Assembly: GCF_016432865.1 (NCBI RefSeq)
Contig: NC_067401.1
Span: forward strand, 296,980,001-297,044,000
Length of the DNA: 64,000 nucleotides
Direction: 5' to 3'
Origin: Antechinus flavipes
Lineage: Eukaryota
The translations under genes were made by a program, and so were the position numbers. Below are positions 1-13,130 of the stretch, in pieces; the first letter of the stretch is position 1; each line of letters opens with the position of its first letter. Under the pieces are notes generated by a model that made no database searches, had not been told where the DNA came from, and saw nothing but the letters and a program-made list of their open reading frames with translations.

Positions 1-1543
1 AATTGGAAGGATGATATGCTAGCTCAGATCCACAGAGAATGGATTTAACTGGCAGTTTTACTTCAGTGTTCACATACCAGAGACCTCAATTTAACTCACC
101 AGATGCATGGAAGAAACAGTTCCCTTTTGTACTGCATTTCCCTAGAGTTATAAAAAAAGCTATGGCTTAACATATTCTGCCAAATCTTTGAGAATAGGTT
201 CCTGCCCAATAAGAATTGGGTTACATGGAATGTATAATAACTTCAAGCAAATTTATGCTGTGCTTTGTTTCTTCCTGATGAACTTCAAAAGTGCTTTCAT
301 AGGCCTAAGATGCTCTAAATAACACTCATGTCTGAAATGTTTAAGACATACATTGATTTCTTTGCTACCCAAAGGGAGTCAATTTCAGAGAGCTCTAAAA
401 TAATACTATAGGTTCAGAGCTGGACTATCTCCACTCAGAAAGCCAAGCAAATTCCCATGATGCCAGACCACTGGGCAACTTTCCCCAGGAATGTGACTTC
501 TAGAGAGCAGGACACTCAAGGATTAGTGGCATTCTCTGTAGTGTCATGGTGGGATAAGACTAGGGAGGAACAAAGGTGGAATTAAACAGTTGGTTCCTTT
601 CTCCTAGCCTTTAAAAATTAAAGACTATTTTTTAGATGAATAGGTATTTGCCTACATTCCCTTTAGAATAACTCATCTCTGCAGAAATATTCTTGAATAG
701 TCTAGGGGTTCCTGAAAAAGCCTCTCCACAGAATATTCTTTGGTACTACTTATTTCATACAAACACACACACATACAAATTTCTTCTTAAAAATTGAGAT
801 AAAAGTAGAAATTTGATTGTTCTTGATTGTGACTTTAATTTATAGGAATAATCTCCTCTATTCTTCACTTTATGTTGCTTGAGTTTTTAGTAAAATGAGT
901 TATTTAGAACCATAGCTGTTTTTATATTGAATAGTAATTTATTAGCATCAACTATGTAATAGTGTTCATAATATATGATGTCTAAAAAAAAAAATCTTAG
1001 TTTCTTTTTTAGGTATAATAACTCCCATCGTAATCAATAGGAGAGCTTTGAACCTGTTCATTCTTCCCTCAGCAAGACTAAAGGTGAGTGAAGAATGAGG
1101 TAGCCCCCACTCCTATGGGCTCACTCTATTAATGGACATTAATGATACTAACACCTTTGGGAGCCCTTTTATTAAAGAGTAGCCACCCTGCAAAAATCAT
1201 CCATATAACAATTCACTCTGTCCAAATAATTAAGCACATTTTAAAATTTTATTTTGTTCCTTCTATATCTCCAGAAGATAAAGTAGGAGCTAAAAGCATT
1301 TTTTGTACTTACTCTGAAACACTGTACTATTTTCCAATATATGCTATATAGTATATTGTACAATACATAATAAAGTCATATCTATAAAGTTAGGAAATAG
1401 GTGTTTAAGTAAGGAAATGGAACTGGAATAAAATTTTGTGGACATTAGTATCTTCATAATTAATTCTATCTTATGAGAATCTATTGTAGACCTAATGGTG
1501 CACTTTTATACTGGTCTTCTTTTATTTATTTCTTATTTGGTCA

Positions 1544-1762
1544 CTTTTCAGTCGTCTGTTCATAACCCCTTTGGGGGAATCCTTAGCAAAGATAGTAGCA
1601 TGCTTTGCCATTTCCTTCTCCAGTTGATTTTACAGATGAGGAAACTGAAGTAATCAGGGTTCAAACCTTGTCTAGGAATTACACAGTTAGTAAATGTCTG
1701 ACACCACATTTGAATTCAGATCTCCCTGACTCCAGACCAGGTGTCAATCCATTGTACCACTT
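1544..1762 (-). mobile_element. Mar1 SINE
   Basis: GCAAAGATA...TTTGCCATTTCCTTCTCCAG...TTTACAGATGAGGAAACTGA core. Confidence 0.85.
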
Positions 1763-4652
1763 TATTGCCCTAGTTATTATACATGACACCATCTCTCATT
1801 TCTGCATCTTTATACCAGCTCTTCAGAATACCTTGATATTCTCCTGCCATATATTTCCCTATTTAAATGGATGTTGTTTGTTTATTTGCTTGCGTTGGGG
1901 TTGAAAGGAGCTATTGGTGGGTTTTGTTTTGTTTAGTATTTTAAAGAGACTCTGCAAGTGCCACCTAAAGGAGATCATTTATTATTTCTTCCTCAAAAAA
2001 AAAAAAACTACTTATATTTTCTTCTCCAAGGATTAAACTAGAATTTGATTTGCTGGTGTCATAGACACTAACCAAATATCATAGAATTAGAATCAGAAGC
2101 AACTTTAGAGGTCAAGTGCAACCCTTCCAGACTATTTTACAGAAGAGGAAACAGGTTTTCAGACACATTAAATGACTTGCCCAGCGTTACATGGCTAGTA
2201 AGTGACTGAGATGAGTTTCAAATTCAGATCTTTATGACACCAAATCCAATATTGTATCTATTAAATTTTTGATCTTTATGTATTTATTAACTCCCCCACT
2301 GCAATGCAAGTCTCTTGAGATCAAGAAATATTCTACTTTTGTCCTTTGTTTCCCCAATATTTAGTACAATGTCTGGAACAATGTTTTTAATAAATGCTGG
2401 TGGATAAATTCATTTATTGAATTATCTTCAATTTGACAATGTTACATCAGCACATTTATCTACATTTCCTAAATGATCTAGATAATTAATAAATTCTCCT
2501 TTATAATAAACTGTGTAGAAAAAATGTTTAGAAAAAGTATCACTTCAATGCATTTGGAAAAATTCTGTTCTGAAATCTTTTCTGATACTTTCTATTTGTG
2601 ACTCTGAAAAAAATCATTCTTAGTTCTCTCAGCCTCTATTTCATTATTTGTATAATTGCAATTATAGCATTTGACTTACCCAGCTTTTAGGGATGTTATG
2701 AGGAAAAGATTTTGAAAATATTAAAGTGCTAAATATGTTATTATCTCTAGTGATTCCTGAAAAATTCTTTGTAATTGATTTGGAATGTAAAAATGATGAA
2801 AAATTTAATTTGCATTTTAGATGTTGTAATAAATCATTTTTTCCCTTTAAAATGTAATGTTTGGTTTTGTGAATAAACGGAAATAACAGAGATCCCAAAT
2901 ATATTGAACTTAAAGTCCACTGGATTAGTTAGCTGTTCTGAGACACTTCCCTGCTAAATATCACATAGTATCTTCAAGGCATTTTTGTTTATTTATTAGT
3001 TTGTTTTTATTTTTTAGTTTGGATCTTACCCAAGCTGGAAGTGCAGACTCTTCATAGCACAGATCCCATTCTGATAAACAAGGAAGTTTTGACCTGCTCC
3101 ATTTCCAACTTGGGCAACTAGATTCTTTTAGGCTCTCTCTTTCATAGACACATGATCACTTAGCCTAGAATTCTTGCAGTTTAGAATTCCTGAGTTCAAG
3201 AGATAGACTATCCTCAGTCTCCCTGTTAAACTGCCATAGCTACTCCACCCCGTTTTAAATCAGTTCTTTGACTTCCTGAGTAAGAATTACTCAATGAAGA
3301 AACTCCCTCTATCAATGGAAATCAACAATTAGGCTGCTATTTGCTTTGAGGCTTTGAGAAATTAAGGTTCCTCTAACCATTGTGTCAAATGCAAGATTCA
3401 AATCCTTGTCTTCTTGATTCTTGATTCCAACAAGATTAGTTGTGTTTATCTGCTACCAATCTTTACTCTAGATTTACCTGTGGATGTTTCTTTTTAGAGT
3501 TTTTTTTTTTTCCCTACAATTAAATAATGTGCATAGCTGTCGCTGAGTTCCAGGGACTAAGGAGCAAGCAATGAGAGAGTACAGGCAGCCCTGAGAATCT
3601 CTACATGTATGCCAAGAACAAAGTTAGTGAAAGGAACTGTTTAAATCCCTGGAAGAATGTGACAGGACATCATCCTCAAATGGAGATCTTCACCTTCTGT
3701 CTGTTATTAGTGCAGTCACCCCTTAATCCCTCTAGCATTCTGCTCAAACGAAGTTTGTAAACAGAAGTTTGGGGGAGGATCAACACTGATACTGTCAAAT
3801 ATCTAAGTCAACAGTTTAAATCTTTTAGTCACCTCCCACCATCCAAACCTGCACATACTTCTCATATCCTTGCTTCTATAGCAGGAACTTCACACGTCCT
3901 TCCATGACTACCCTGGCACCTCTAGACCATGGACCCTGGAAAACAAAATTCTGATAAAATTCAGAGTTCAGGAGTTAAAGCTACAATTGGAGGGACAATC
4001 CTAGTAAAATGGAAATGAAAAACTTTCTCAGAGGTGTTAAGTCAAAAAGCACTTCTTAAGTACCCATTATCTATCAAGTACTATGTAAAGTGCTGGGAGT
4101 ACAAAGAAAGGGGAAGCCAAAGAAAGTAGTGTTCCAACACTTCCGAGCCCAAAAGAAAATCTAGATCTTTCTAAAAGATGGAATCAAGAACTAAGATCTC
4201 TCATCTCTTGAACTCTTGCCAATTGCAATACAATTGTGGAACATTGAGTAATTACCACCAGTAAAGTCTTATGTAAATGGTTTATTGAACCATGGGATAT
4301 ACATACATACATAGATACATTCATATAAATGTATGTATATATGTATATATACACATATTGGATTATACAGATATATATTGTATACAAAACATATATATTG
4401 TCTCAGACATGCTTTATGCATTTGACACTTTAAAGTTTCCAAAGCATTTTTCTCATAAAATTCCTAGAAGGCAAGTAATTCAAATATCAATTTCATTGTG
4501 CAGATGTGCTAATGAAAACTCAGAGTGTTAAAAAGGATCGAACAAAGAGCAGCAGAGGGAGGCTTAAGATCTTGGTCTCTCTTTTTTTTTTTTTTCAAGT
4601 TTTGAGGTAATATCTTTTATAGTCATTTTCTAAAATATATTATATATATATC

Positions 4653-5008
4653 TAATGAGGTGTGAGAATTAAGGGCAAGAGATCCCTTCAGGTAGATGTC
4701 GAAGATTCCTTTCAAAAATTCGAAAACCCGAAGTCTGTGGCAAAAGGGGATTTATTTTCACTAAGAAGGCAGCTTGCTAGAAAAACAGCTTTCTTAGTGG
4801 GCAAGGATTATTGCAAAGGTGGGTTGACATTGAGAAGAAAAGATCTTCATCAGTGGGCTAAATCTAGAAGGGCAAATAGTTCCTGATTAGGAATTAGCAC
4901 AGATGTGTGAAGGAAATAGTATGCTAAGAAGATAGCTTTCTTAGCCGGCAAACTCCTGATTAGGAATCTGACAAAGACCCTCTTGCCCTCAATTCTTACA
5001 CCTCATCA
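4653..5008 (-). mobile_element. Solo LTR (ERV1-like) with long terminal inverted repeats
   Basis: Minus strand starts TGATGAGG and ends CCTCATTA. Exact 4-bp TSD TATC (4649-4652 and 5009-5012). AATAAA on the minus strand (4751-4756). 29-bp TIRs, 26/29 matching. Confidence 0.65.
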
Positions 5009-6393
5009 TATCTATATATACCTATATGTATCCACATATGCATGTTAATGTGCATGCACACCCACACATACACACACTCATATATTCAGACTTCTTACTA
5101 ATTCAACTTAGATTTCCTTCAATTAGTCTGAAATAGAAAGGTTATATAGCAAAATAGTGAAGGAGAAATAGCAACACTTCCTTACCTTTAGAGTTCAGAG
5201 TAATGTTTCCAAACTCTTCTTTCAATGCAGTGAAGCTAAGGATCAGCAAAAGAAATGTCACTGTCACACTTTTCTGAGTACTAGGAGGAGAAAAGGAGAA
5301 AAAAGGAGGAGGAAGTAAAGGAAGGGAAGGAAGGAGTGGGGGAGGGAAGAAAAGCTCTCATGATTGATGTATAAAAGTAAGTTAAGAGCAATAGTTTTCC
5401 ATTTCCGATTTTCTTAGGCTCAGCAAGAAGAAAGACAGTATCATGGAAAGAATATTAGATTTAGAGTTATGAAGAACAAGATTCAAATTCTGCCTCAAAT
5501 AGCTATGTAATTCTGACTGAGTTACTTAAACTCTGTCTCAGACTCTTGTTTGTAAAGTAGAAATAATAATAAAACCTACCTTATAGATTGTTGTGAGACT
5601 CAAATGTGATCATGTATTTAAAAAAAATCAAGTACTGATAGTTGCAAAGAAGCTAAACTTATTGGTTAGTTGGACAAAAAAGAGGTGTCACTGAAACTGA
5701 GGCAAAGATTTCAGTGAAATGACTGGGGCTGAATTTGGATAAAGGATCTTGAAAACTCATAAGGTGTTGAGAATAAAAACCTGAGAAAGTGAGGTTTATT
5801 TGGCTTTAAACCCTCCTCACCAAGGACTTGTGAAAAATTCTGTGTGGTCTAAACTGATTTGCTACTAATAAAGTTATGTAAAATAAATAGCTTTGCTATC
5901 TATGTGGCTTTGGACCAATAACCACCCTTCAATGCTTCTTTACTCTTGGGTTTAGATGAGGACATTGAACTAGATGATCTCAATAGTCTTCATTCCTGTG
6001 ACATCTACCTACAATTTTTATGTGAAAATAAATTTAATTTTCTCTACTTGGCTTTTAAATTTACCTGATTTCCCTTAATTCTTGAATTTCCCCCCATATC
6101 TTCAGTCTGTGTCAGTCAGCTCATACCCTCATATATATTACCAAGATATAGGATCTTCACTGATCTATTCCATGGCCCAAGGTGTAAGTTTACAAAAATT
6201 GCTTAAAAGGCATTATTGATAACAGAAAGAAATCCCTCAAAGAAATTATAGATATAAGTTGTTTTATTGTTATTCTTCTTGTTGTTATAAAGGTAGGTCT
6301 TTGGGGGGGGGACACAACTAAAAAATGACTGAACAACAAAAAAGTAATTATTCAAATTGAATAGACTCCTTCTGGTACCAAAAAAGAATGTTG

Positions 6394-6623
6394 CTTGTTG
6401 TTGAACCATTTCAGTAGTGTCTGATCCTTTGCAATCCCATTTGGGGTTCTCTTGGCAAAGATACTGGAATGGTTTTCCATTTCCTTTTCTAGATGAGGAA
6501 CTGAAGCAAACAGTCCATGTGCACAGAGCTAGTAAAAGGGTCTAAGGCCACATTTGAACTCATGAAGATGAGTCTTCTTGATTTCAAGCCCAGTGCTCTA
6601 TCTACTTGGCCACCCATTTGCCC
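6394..6623 (-). mobile_element. Mar1 SINE
   Basis: CCCATTTGGGGTTCTCTTGGCAAAGATACTGGA...GAAGATGAGTCTTC. Confidence 0.9.
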
Positions 6624-6804
6624 TAAGATGTGATAGTAAGGATTGACTTTTGAAACACTGATTGTGTCTTCCTGAAGACCTAACCAACATTTAACCCTGA
6701 ACCAAGATAATTAAACAACTTTTTTCCTATTCCCTACCCCCTCCACTTCTATTCGCTTTATCATCCTCCCCACTCAGATCAGGAAGACTTTGGAAGAAAT
6801 GCTA

Positions 6805-7272
6805 TAAATTCTTAAGCAAAGGAATACTTGGAGTCTATGAATAAATTCTGAGAGATCTGTAAACATGGATAGGGAAAGAAATTGCATCTTTGTTTTTACT
6901 GATCTCTAATTAAAATTTAGCATTTCCTTCCCAATTAATAAGTAGGTAATAAGTCACAGTAGTATTATCAATACCTATGACTTTCTCACCAATAAAAATC
7001 AAAGATATGTTCATATCAGTCTACAGTTATTACAAATATCTCAAAATATCATCAATTCTTATCACTTTAAAAATTCCTAAAATTAATGAACCTACTGGTA
7101 GATATGTTACTATGTCAAAATTTTCATATATCTTCATAGTACTATTTCAATATGCTTTCTTTTGTAATTTTATGTATTTTACTTTATACATTTAAAAACC
7201 TTTTTCTGAGAAGTCTATAAATCCATGTACTATCAAAGAAGTCCATGCCACAAAAAAGGTTAAGGATTCTTG
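6805..7272 (+). mobile_element. hAT-Charlie (Charlie4-like) non-autonomous element
   Basis: AAATTTAGCATTTCCTTC...GTAGTATTATCAATACCTATGACTTT...TTCTGAGAAG...CCATGCCACAAAAAAGGTTAAG. Confidence 0.75.
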
Positions 7273-7639
7273 TTATAAAGGGAATACAAACAACCATTTA
7301 AAAAATCTTACTATTCTCACATAAGATCTAAGATAGCACTGGGTCCAGAGCATCCTTTCATTCCTCTTTTATTGCCATGCATGATGATTGTCTTTTAACA
7401 TTCCCCACCAGAGTTATTTCCAACTTATCACATCCCTTTCTCTCCAGCCCCTAGCTGCCCCCAGGCTTCCCTCTTTCAGAATATAGCTTTGTGTCCAATT
7501 CAATTCAAACTAACAAGAATTTAAGAGTTTCCTATATGCAAGATATTGTGCTAGTTTCTGGGAGTACAAAGAGAAAAGGCAATCTCTCTCTCATCAAGGA
7601 ACTTACCCTCCTACTTAAGTAATTAATGTAAAGACTGAG

Positions 7640-7790
7640 ACTGTTTTATGTTCTGAAGAATTGTTGTATGAAAGAAAGATTGGATTTGTTCTATTTGATC
7701 TCAGAGAGAAGATTCCAGAGCAATAGGCCAAAGTAGCAAAGACCTTCTTTTACAAATAGAGCTGTCTATCTTTAAGAGGAAGCTCGATTG
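7640..7790 (+). mobile_element. CR1/L3 3' fragment
   Basis: GAAAGATTGGATTTGTTCTATTTGATCTCAGAGAGAAG...AGCAATAGG (EGLDLFCL.PEGRTRSNG-like). Confidence 0.55.
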
Positions 7791-8956
7791 CCCAGAGGAT
7801 AGAGTGCTAGATTTGGAATCCAGAAGACTTCAGATGAAATCTTATCTCAGCCACATACCGGCTATGTGACCCTAGGCAAGTGCCTCTGTTTCCTCATCTG
7901 TAAAAGGAAGATAATAGCATCTACCTCCCCCAGTAGTTGTCAAAAACAACCAGAAAACATGTGTAAAGTGCTTTGAAAATTTTAAAGTGGTATCTAAATG
8001 CTAGATGTTTTTGTTATTATTATCCAGAGGAAGTATTAAGATGTTTCAAGAAACTGTCATTATCAACTCTGTGCTAATTGCTTCTAGTGAGAAATCGATT
8101 TAAAGAGGTAAAATAAATCAATAAAATAAAAACAGAGATAGAGTATCAGAATGGAAGAAAAATTGCAGCAACCTCATCTAGCCCACTCAAAAACTGAACT
8201 TTAATTATATTAACAAGATCTATAAACTTAGTTAGGTTGAGATTAGCAGGGAGAAAATGTTCAGTTATCTAAATGGGAGAAGTAGGAGCAATTGAAATAG
8301 TAGCTTCTATTTATATTGTGCATTAAACTTTGCAGTGAGCCTTTCATGCACTATACTTATTGACTCAATAAAGGTAGATGTTGTTATTCCAATTTTACAC
8401 ATGAAAAAACTAAGGCTCAAAAATGTCTGATGATCATCCAGGGTCACACAACTAGTAAATATTTGAGGTAGGATTCAAATCCAAGAAAGCAATGCTTCAG
8501 CCTCATGCTGTCTCTCGATAGTTTGCTATAGAATACAATGCAAAGCTCCAATCTTTTTTACATGCTATATTATTCAAGTTTCTTGCTGGGGAAGAAGATT
8601 GGCTTAGTCGGACTGACTATGCTAGAACACAGGAAAAAAGAGAAGCCCTCAAAAGTAGCACACATCTAGGAGAGAGAAAAAGCAGGGGGAGGGAATAGGT
8701 AACCAGCACTTTAAAAGTAGTAGAGTAAAGACATTCCTCTTTTTGTCCCTCTGAAAACAGAGAAATCGAAACCCTCTCTGACTCCAGAAACATGAGTCTG
8801 TGCCATGTCCATGTACTACCTCATTTTTTAACAGCCTACAAAAGATGCAACAAGCTTTCCTTTTTTTTCTGGAGGAGGCCAAATGAAGCTGAAGGATGCA
8901 GCAGATGCCTTTTGGAAATGAAGTCCTTCCAAAAGCAACAGTTGCCAAGCAATATG

Positions 8957-8957
8957 T

Positions 8958-8988
<31 letters not shown>

Positions 8989-9120
8989 GCTGAGGCAACT
9001 GGGATTAAGTGACTTGCCCAGGGTCACACAGCTAGGAAGTGTTAAGTGTTTGAGGTCAATTTGAACTCAGGTCCTTCTGACTTCAGGGCTGATGTTCTAT
9101 CCATTGCAGTACCTAGCTGC
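8957..9120 (-). mobile_element. WSINE1-type SINE with (TTTTG)n tail
   Basis: GCTGAGGCAACTGGGATTAAGTGACTTGCCCAGGGTCACACAGCTAGGAAGTGTTAAGTG...ACCTAGCTGCC. Confidence 0.85.
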
Positions 9121-9154
9121 CACCAAGTATATGATTTCAATGGTAATTGTCTTG

Positions 9155-9620
9155 TTGTTGTGGTGGTTTTTTGTTCTGGAAGAAAACCTTGGCATCAGGA
9201 AAGTGATGTCATGACTTGCAAGTGAATTGGCTTTAAGTAAAGCAGGATTGTACAAAGTCACCAACCTATCTCTCTCTTTTCTGGTGCCAACAGGGTCCAG
9301 TGGCAAAAATATAAATCAGGACGATTGAAGATGACCCTAATGTCCCATTGCAATGGAAGACCATGGCTTTTTAAAATTTAGGTCTCAAACAGGTCGCAAA
9401 TTGTCTAACTCATTATCATTCAGTCATTAAGACTAGGTAAAAATGAATCATAGAATGGCCTCTTTCACTAAATCAAAAAAAAAATCAATCTGAGAGGGGA
9501 AGACTCTCAGGATTTCTGAGCAAACAGAAACATTTGCTATTTACACTCACTCTAAGCCATCAGAGTGATCAAGTGAGGCTTTGGCTGGGACTTATTGTTG
9601 GCCAATGAATGACAGACAGA
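9155..9620 (-). mobile_element. RTE-associated marsupial SINE (WALLSI/RTESINE type), copy 1
   Basis: Shares the exact 28-mer GTGATGTCATGACTTGCAAGTGAATTGG (9203-9230) with 10113-10140. Family name is from memory. Confidence 0.55.
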
Positions 9621-9772
9621 GTGATTTGATTTATGAACCAGAGGCATGGTTCATAAAAAAGAAATTTAGCCTGTAAACCCCAAGATATCTTGCTAAGTGT
9701 CATTGATCAAAATTTACATTCCTTAAGAGTATGATTTCCTATGTGGACAGAGGGAGAGAAGGGAGAGGGAGG

Positions 9773-10009
9773 NNNNNNNNNNNNNNNNNNNNNNNNNNNN
9801 NNNNNNNNNNNNNNNNNNNNNNNNNNNNNNNNNNNNNNNNNNNNNNNNNNNNNNNNNNNNNNNNNNNNNNNNNNNNNNNNNNNNNNNNNNNNNNNNNNNN
9901 NNNNNNNNNNNNNNNNNNNNNNNNNNNNNNNNNNNNNNNNNNNNNNNNNNNNNNNNNNNNNNNNNNNNNNNNNNNNNNNNNNNNNNNNNNNNNNNNNNNN
10001 NNNNNNNNN
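9773..10009. other. Assembly gap (237 N)
   Basis: N run following a GA-rich repeat. Confidence 1.
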
Positions 10010-10064
10010 TGCCCAACTGAAAATGGCTAGTTGAGTCCCAGTGGGGCTACTACTGCTAATTAAA

Positions 10065-10190
10065 AGTTGCTGCTTGTGATTTGTTCTTGAAAAGGATCAC
10101 GATGTCAGGAAGGTGATGTCATGACTTGCAAGTGAATTGGATTTGAGTGAAACAGAGCTGTGCGAAGTTACCAGCCTCACTCCTCTGGAG
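10065..10190 (-). mobile_element. RTE-associated SINE, copy 2 (truncated)
   Basis: Homologous to 9155-9290 but diverged outside the shared 28-mer. Confidence 0.55.
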
Positions 10191-11899
10191 TGAGAAAGTG
10201 GAAAAATAACTGTCTAGACTGTATTAGAAATCCTTCTGGCTGTGAGATCTGTTGGAAAAGCAAAGCAACTTTCCTCTGGTTGTAGTGAAGAGTCAAATCA
10301 AGCACCATGCTTAGCACTGAAGATACAAAAAGAAGAAAAAGATAGTCCTAGCCCTAAAGTTTACAATCTAATGAATATACATTAGGGATCATTTATTATA
10401 AAAGGTTTCACCAAAATGGGGTAGAACAAGTAAAAGTCGATACTGAAAAATCACTCCCAAAACCAGTAAACTTTTTTTGCTACCTGGAAAAGAAATGAAG
10501 ATAAACAAAAGCAATTTCTTCTCCTCTCTCCCTATCGCCCCCCTCCCTCAAGATTCCTATTCCTCAATATAGTCAAGGAAGAAATAGTTTTGCTTACATT
10601 AATTTCCCTCTGACTGGAAGAAAAGTTTCCCAAAGCAACTATGTCTCCACTTGTTTGAGCAGAAAGTCTGGGGATTGTTTTTTTCTTATTCCTTCTAGTT
10701 TTCTTGAGGGAACAGGGTCTATTAGATAGTAAGCACTTGCTTGCTGACTGATGGCTTGCTTTGCTTTTAAAGTTTCTCCCAATATTCATTAAGAAAAACT
10801 ACTTTCACTCTAAGGCTGTTTCTAGATTTCAAGGAAAATAGCAAACAAAACAATTCTCTGGATTGTAAAATTAGAACCACTTGATTGGAAATATCTTAAT
10901 AATTGAAGCTCCTTTATTTTGTGATTAACTTATTCAAGCAATTGCTTGGTTCTGCACCTCCCTTGGCCTTATTATCTCAAACTGTGGAGAATGGAACAGT
11001 TACTTTTCTGGCTAGTGCTGTTATACTCGGGCATCTGCTCTGAAACCTACCTGGTTTCTGCCTATCTGAATTCTGCCCGAACTAAATCCCCTAAATACCT
11101 ACTCCTGTCCTCCTTCTCTCCCTTCGACCTTGCTCCAATCTTAGATAGGTAGCCTATAATTCAAGTAGGAATGAATTTTTTTTGAAATTGGTCAAAATAA
11201 AGGGAAGCTCAGTTTTCAGTGACTTAGAAAGTGATTCACCCTTTGAGACGGAACGACGAGGGAAAAAAAAGATAATATGGGTGAAAAGAGAATCTTCTGT
11301 AAGAGTCTAAAGTTGTGCATGTCGGAAAGAGGCAGATAAGGTGGTGGTGGGGGTTAAAGCCTTTGTTGCTTTGTAAATGCTTTCACAGTTGTCGCGAAAT
11401 ATCATCTGCAACTTCTTTTACTTAAGATGCACAGAGAGAATAAATGCAGCTGTCCTATCTCCCCCACACTCCCACTCTTGTTGAGAGGGTGCAACTCGAA
11501 AGCCTCTTTTTTTCCCCGTCCAATACCATCTTTTTATCCACTGAATTCGGTATTTCTTATTTGCCACTGAAGCTACTTCCCAGCAGTCATTCTTTGAACC
11601 AAAAGTCATTTTAAAAAATTAAAAAGGAAATAAAATTCCTCCCAGATAGAGGTAAAATCCCTAACAGCGTGGACCTGGAAAGATCTTGTATGGGAAGAAT
11701 TGGAATAAATAGTTCTCCCGAACTCCTAGAAAGCTGCTCAACAACACAAATAGGAAGAATGGGGAGCTAGTGAAGCTCGGGATGGAAGAAACAAAAAGGA
11801 ATGCGAAGATTATTATTTTTTTTTAATGGGGAAAGATTTGCGATCCACTGCAATTCTGTTGCAGAAACTTGCTTTCTTAAGCATCGGAGTGACTAGAGA

Positions 11900-13130
11900 G
11901 TATTATTCAGACACTCCGCTGCCAAGTGCCTTTCTCCAGAACCAATTTCCAGAAGGTCCGGGATTGGTCGAGGATTCCCCTGCTCATATCTCAGGACCTA
12001 ACTAGGAAGAATACCCTTAGTCTCCCAATTGCTGTCCCCTCTTTCCCATCCGCTGTCTCGAAATCCTCTGCCTTATTTTGCCCCGCCTTCCCTGCCTCTT
12101 TCCCTTCGGTTTTGGGGACTCCGAACCCCAACTGCTTCCCTGCCCCGAGTGCCCCGAAAACCAACGCACCCCTGCCGAGCGGCCCCCAAATGGCGAAGTC
12201 AGTGCTCCCTGCAGCCTCTGGAGGACTGCCGGGGTGCCCCAGGGAGTTGTAGAGCGAGCTTACGCCCGAGCCAGGCGTTCCTCCCCATTGGCCCCCAGCT
12301 CCCCGCCCACCTTCCATAACTTCCACCTCCTACTTCGGAGCCCCTAGAGTGGCGTCACTGAGCCGTGTTTGGGGTTTAAATTCCCCCTGGCTGAAACCCG
12401 GGAGTCGCTCTCCCGAAGCTCAGTCACTGGACTTGTTATTGCAGGTGAGGGAGCGAGCCAAACAAGAGTTAAGAACGTGCTGCTACCCCCCCCCACCCCC
12501 TCATCCGCCGCCAATGAATAAGGTTCCTAGCACCAGGCACCGCCCCAGGCAGCATCACTTCGCTTGTCTGGACAGGAGTTGATGATCGAAAAAATTAATT
12601 TCCCGCTGCGGTTAGCCATGAGCTGTCTGGATGTTATGTACCAAGTCTATGGTCCTCCGCAACCTTATTTTGCAGCAGCTTATACTCCCTATCATCAGGT
12701 AGGTATGCGTCGATCTTAGATCAAAGGGGGTGGAGGCGGGGTGGGCACCGGTGAAATTGGGAAGCAACTCAAGTTAAGGATGAGGCATATCAGGAGCTGT
12801 CAGAGCAAAGTGACCCGCACTTCAAGGATCCGGTTCCCTTTTGTGTGTGCGGTTCTCTTCCCGCATCTCAAGGCGGCGTAGGCTCTCGTGGACCAGCATC
12901 GTCCACACGCAACAGACAAACAGTCGGAGCAAGACACCGAACTTGGGCTGGCGATGAATGGGATTTCTGACCTTCTGACACGGACGCCATTTGTACTCTA
13001 GGTTCCATGGCTTTTCTGAGAATTCCCAAGGAATCGCACTACTCCTTGCCCCCAAAACAGTGAGCACATCTTTAATCGTGTACTCCGATGTCTGAGCAAT
13101 TAGCAAACAAACGCCTCCCAGAAGCAGGGG
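11900..13130 (+). promoter_or_regulatory. VGLL2: CpG island / promoter of VGLL2
   Basis: GC- and CpG-rich block in an otherwise CpG-depleted window, surrounding exon 1. Inverted CCAAT boxes (ATTGG near 11963 and 12286), GC box CCCCGCCC (~12301), CRE-like GCGTCA (~12352) and AT-rich TTTAAAT (~12376) lie upstream of the ATG. Confidence 0.85.
12618..12698 (+). CDS. VGLL2: VGLL2 coding exon 1 (MSCLDVMYQVYGPPQPYFAAAYTPYHQ)
   Basis: GCCATG Kozak context. 81 nt encoding the characteristic VGLL2 N-terminus, ending CAG|GTAGGT (phase 0). Confidence 0.97.

Noticed and set aside
9723-10034. ORFs through N runs (also 37036-37402)
   Set aside because: Artefacts of assembly gaps.
9155-10190. Repeat copies on both sides of the gap as a possible mis-assembly duplication
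   Set aside because: Copies differ substantially outside a 28-mer, so they are independent SINE insertions.
11926-12347. Overlapping 89-111-aa ORFs on both strands
   Set aside because: Stop-poor GC-rich CpG-island sequence, with no recognisable protein or splice context.
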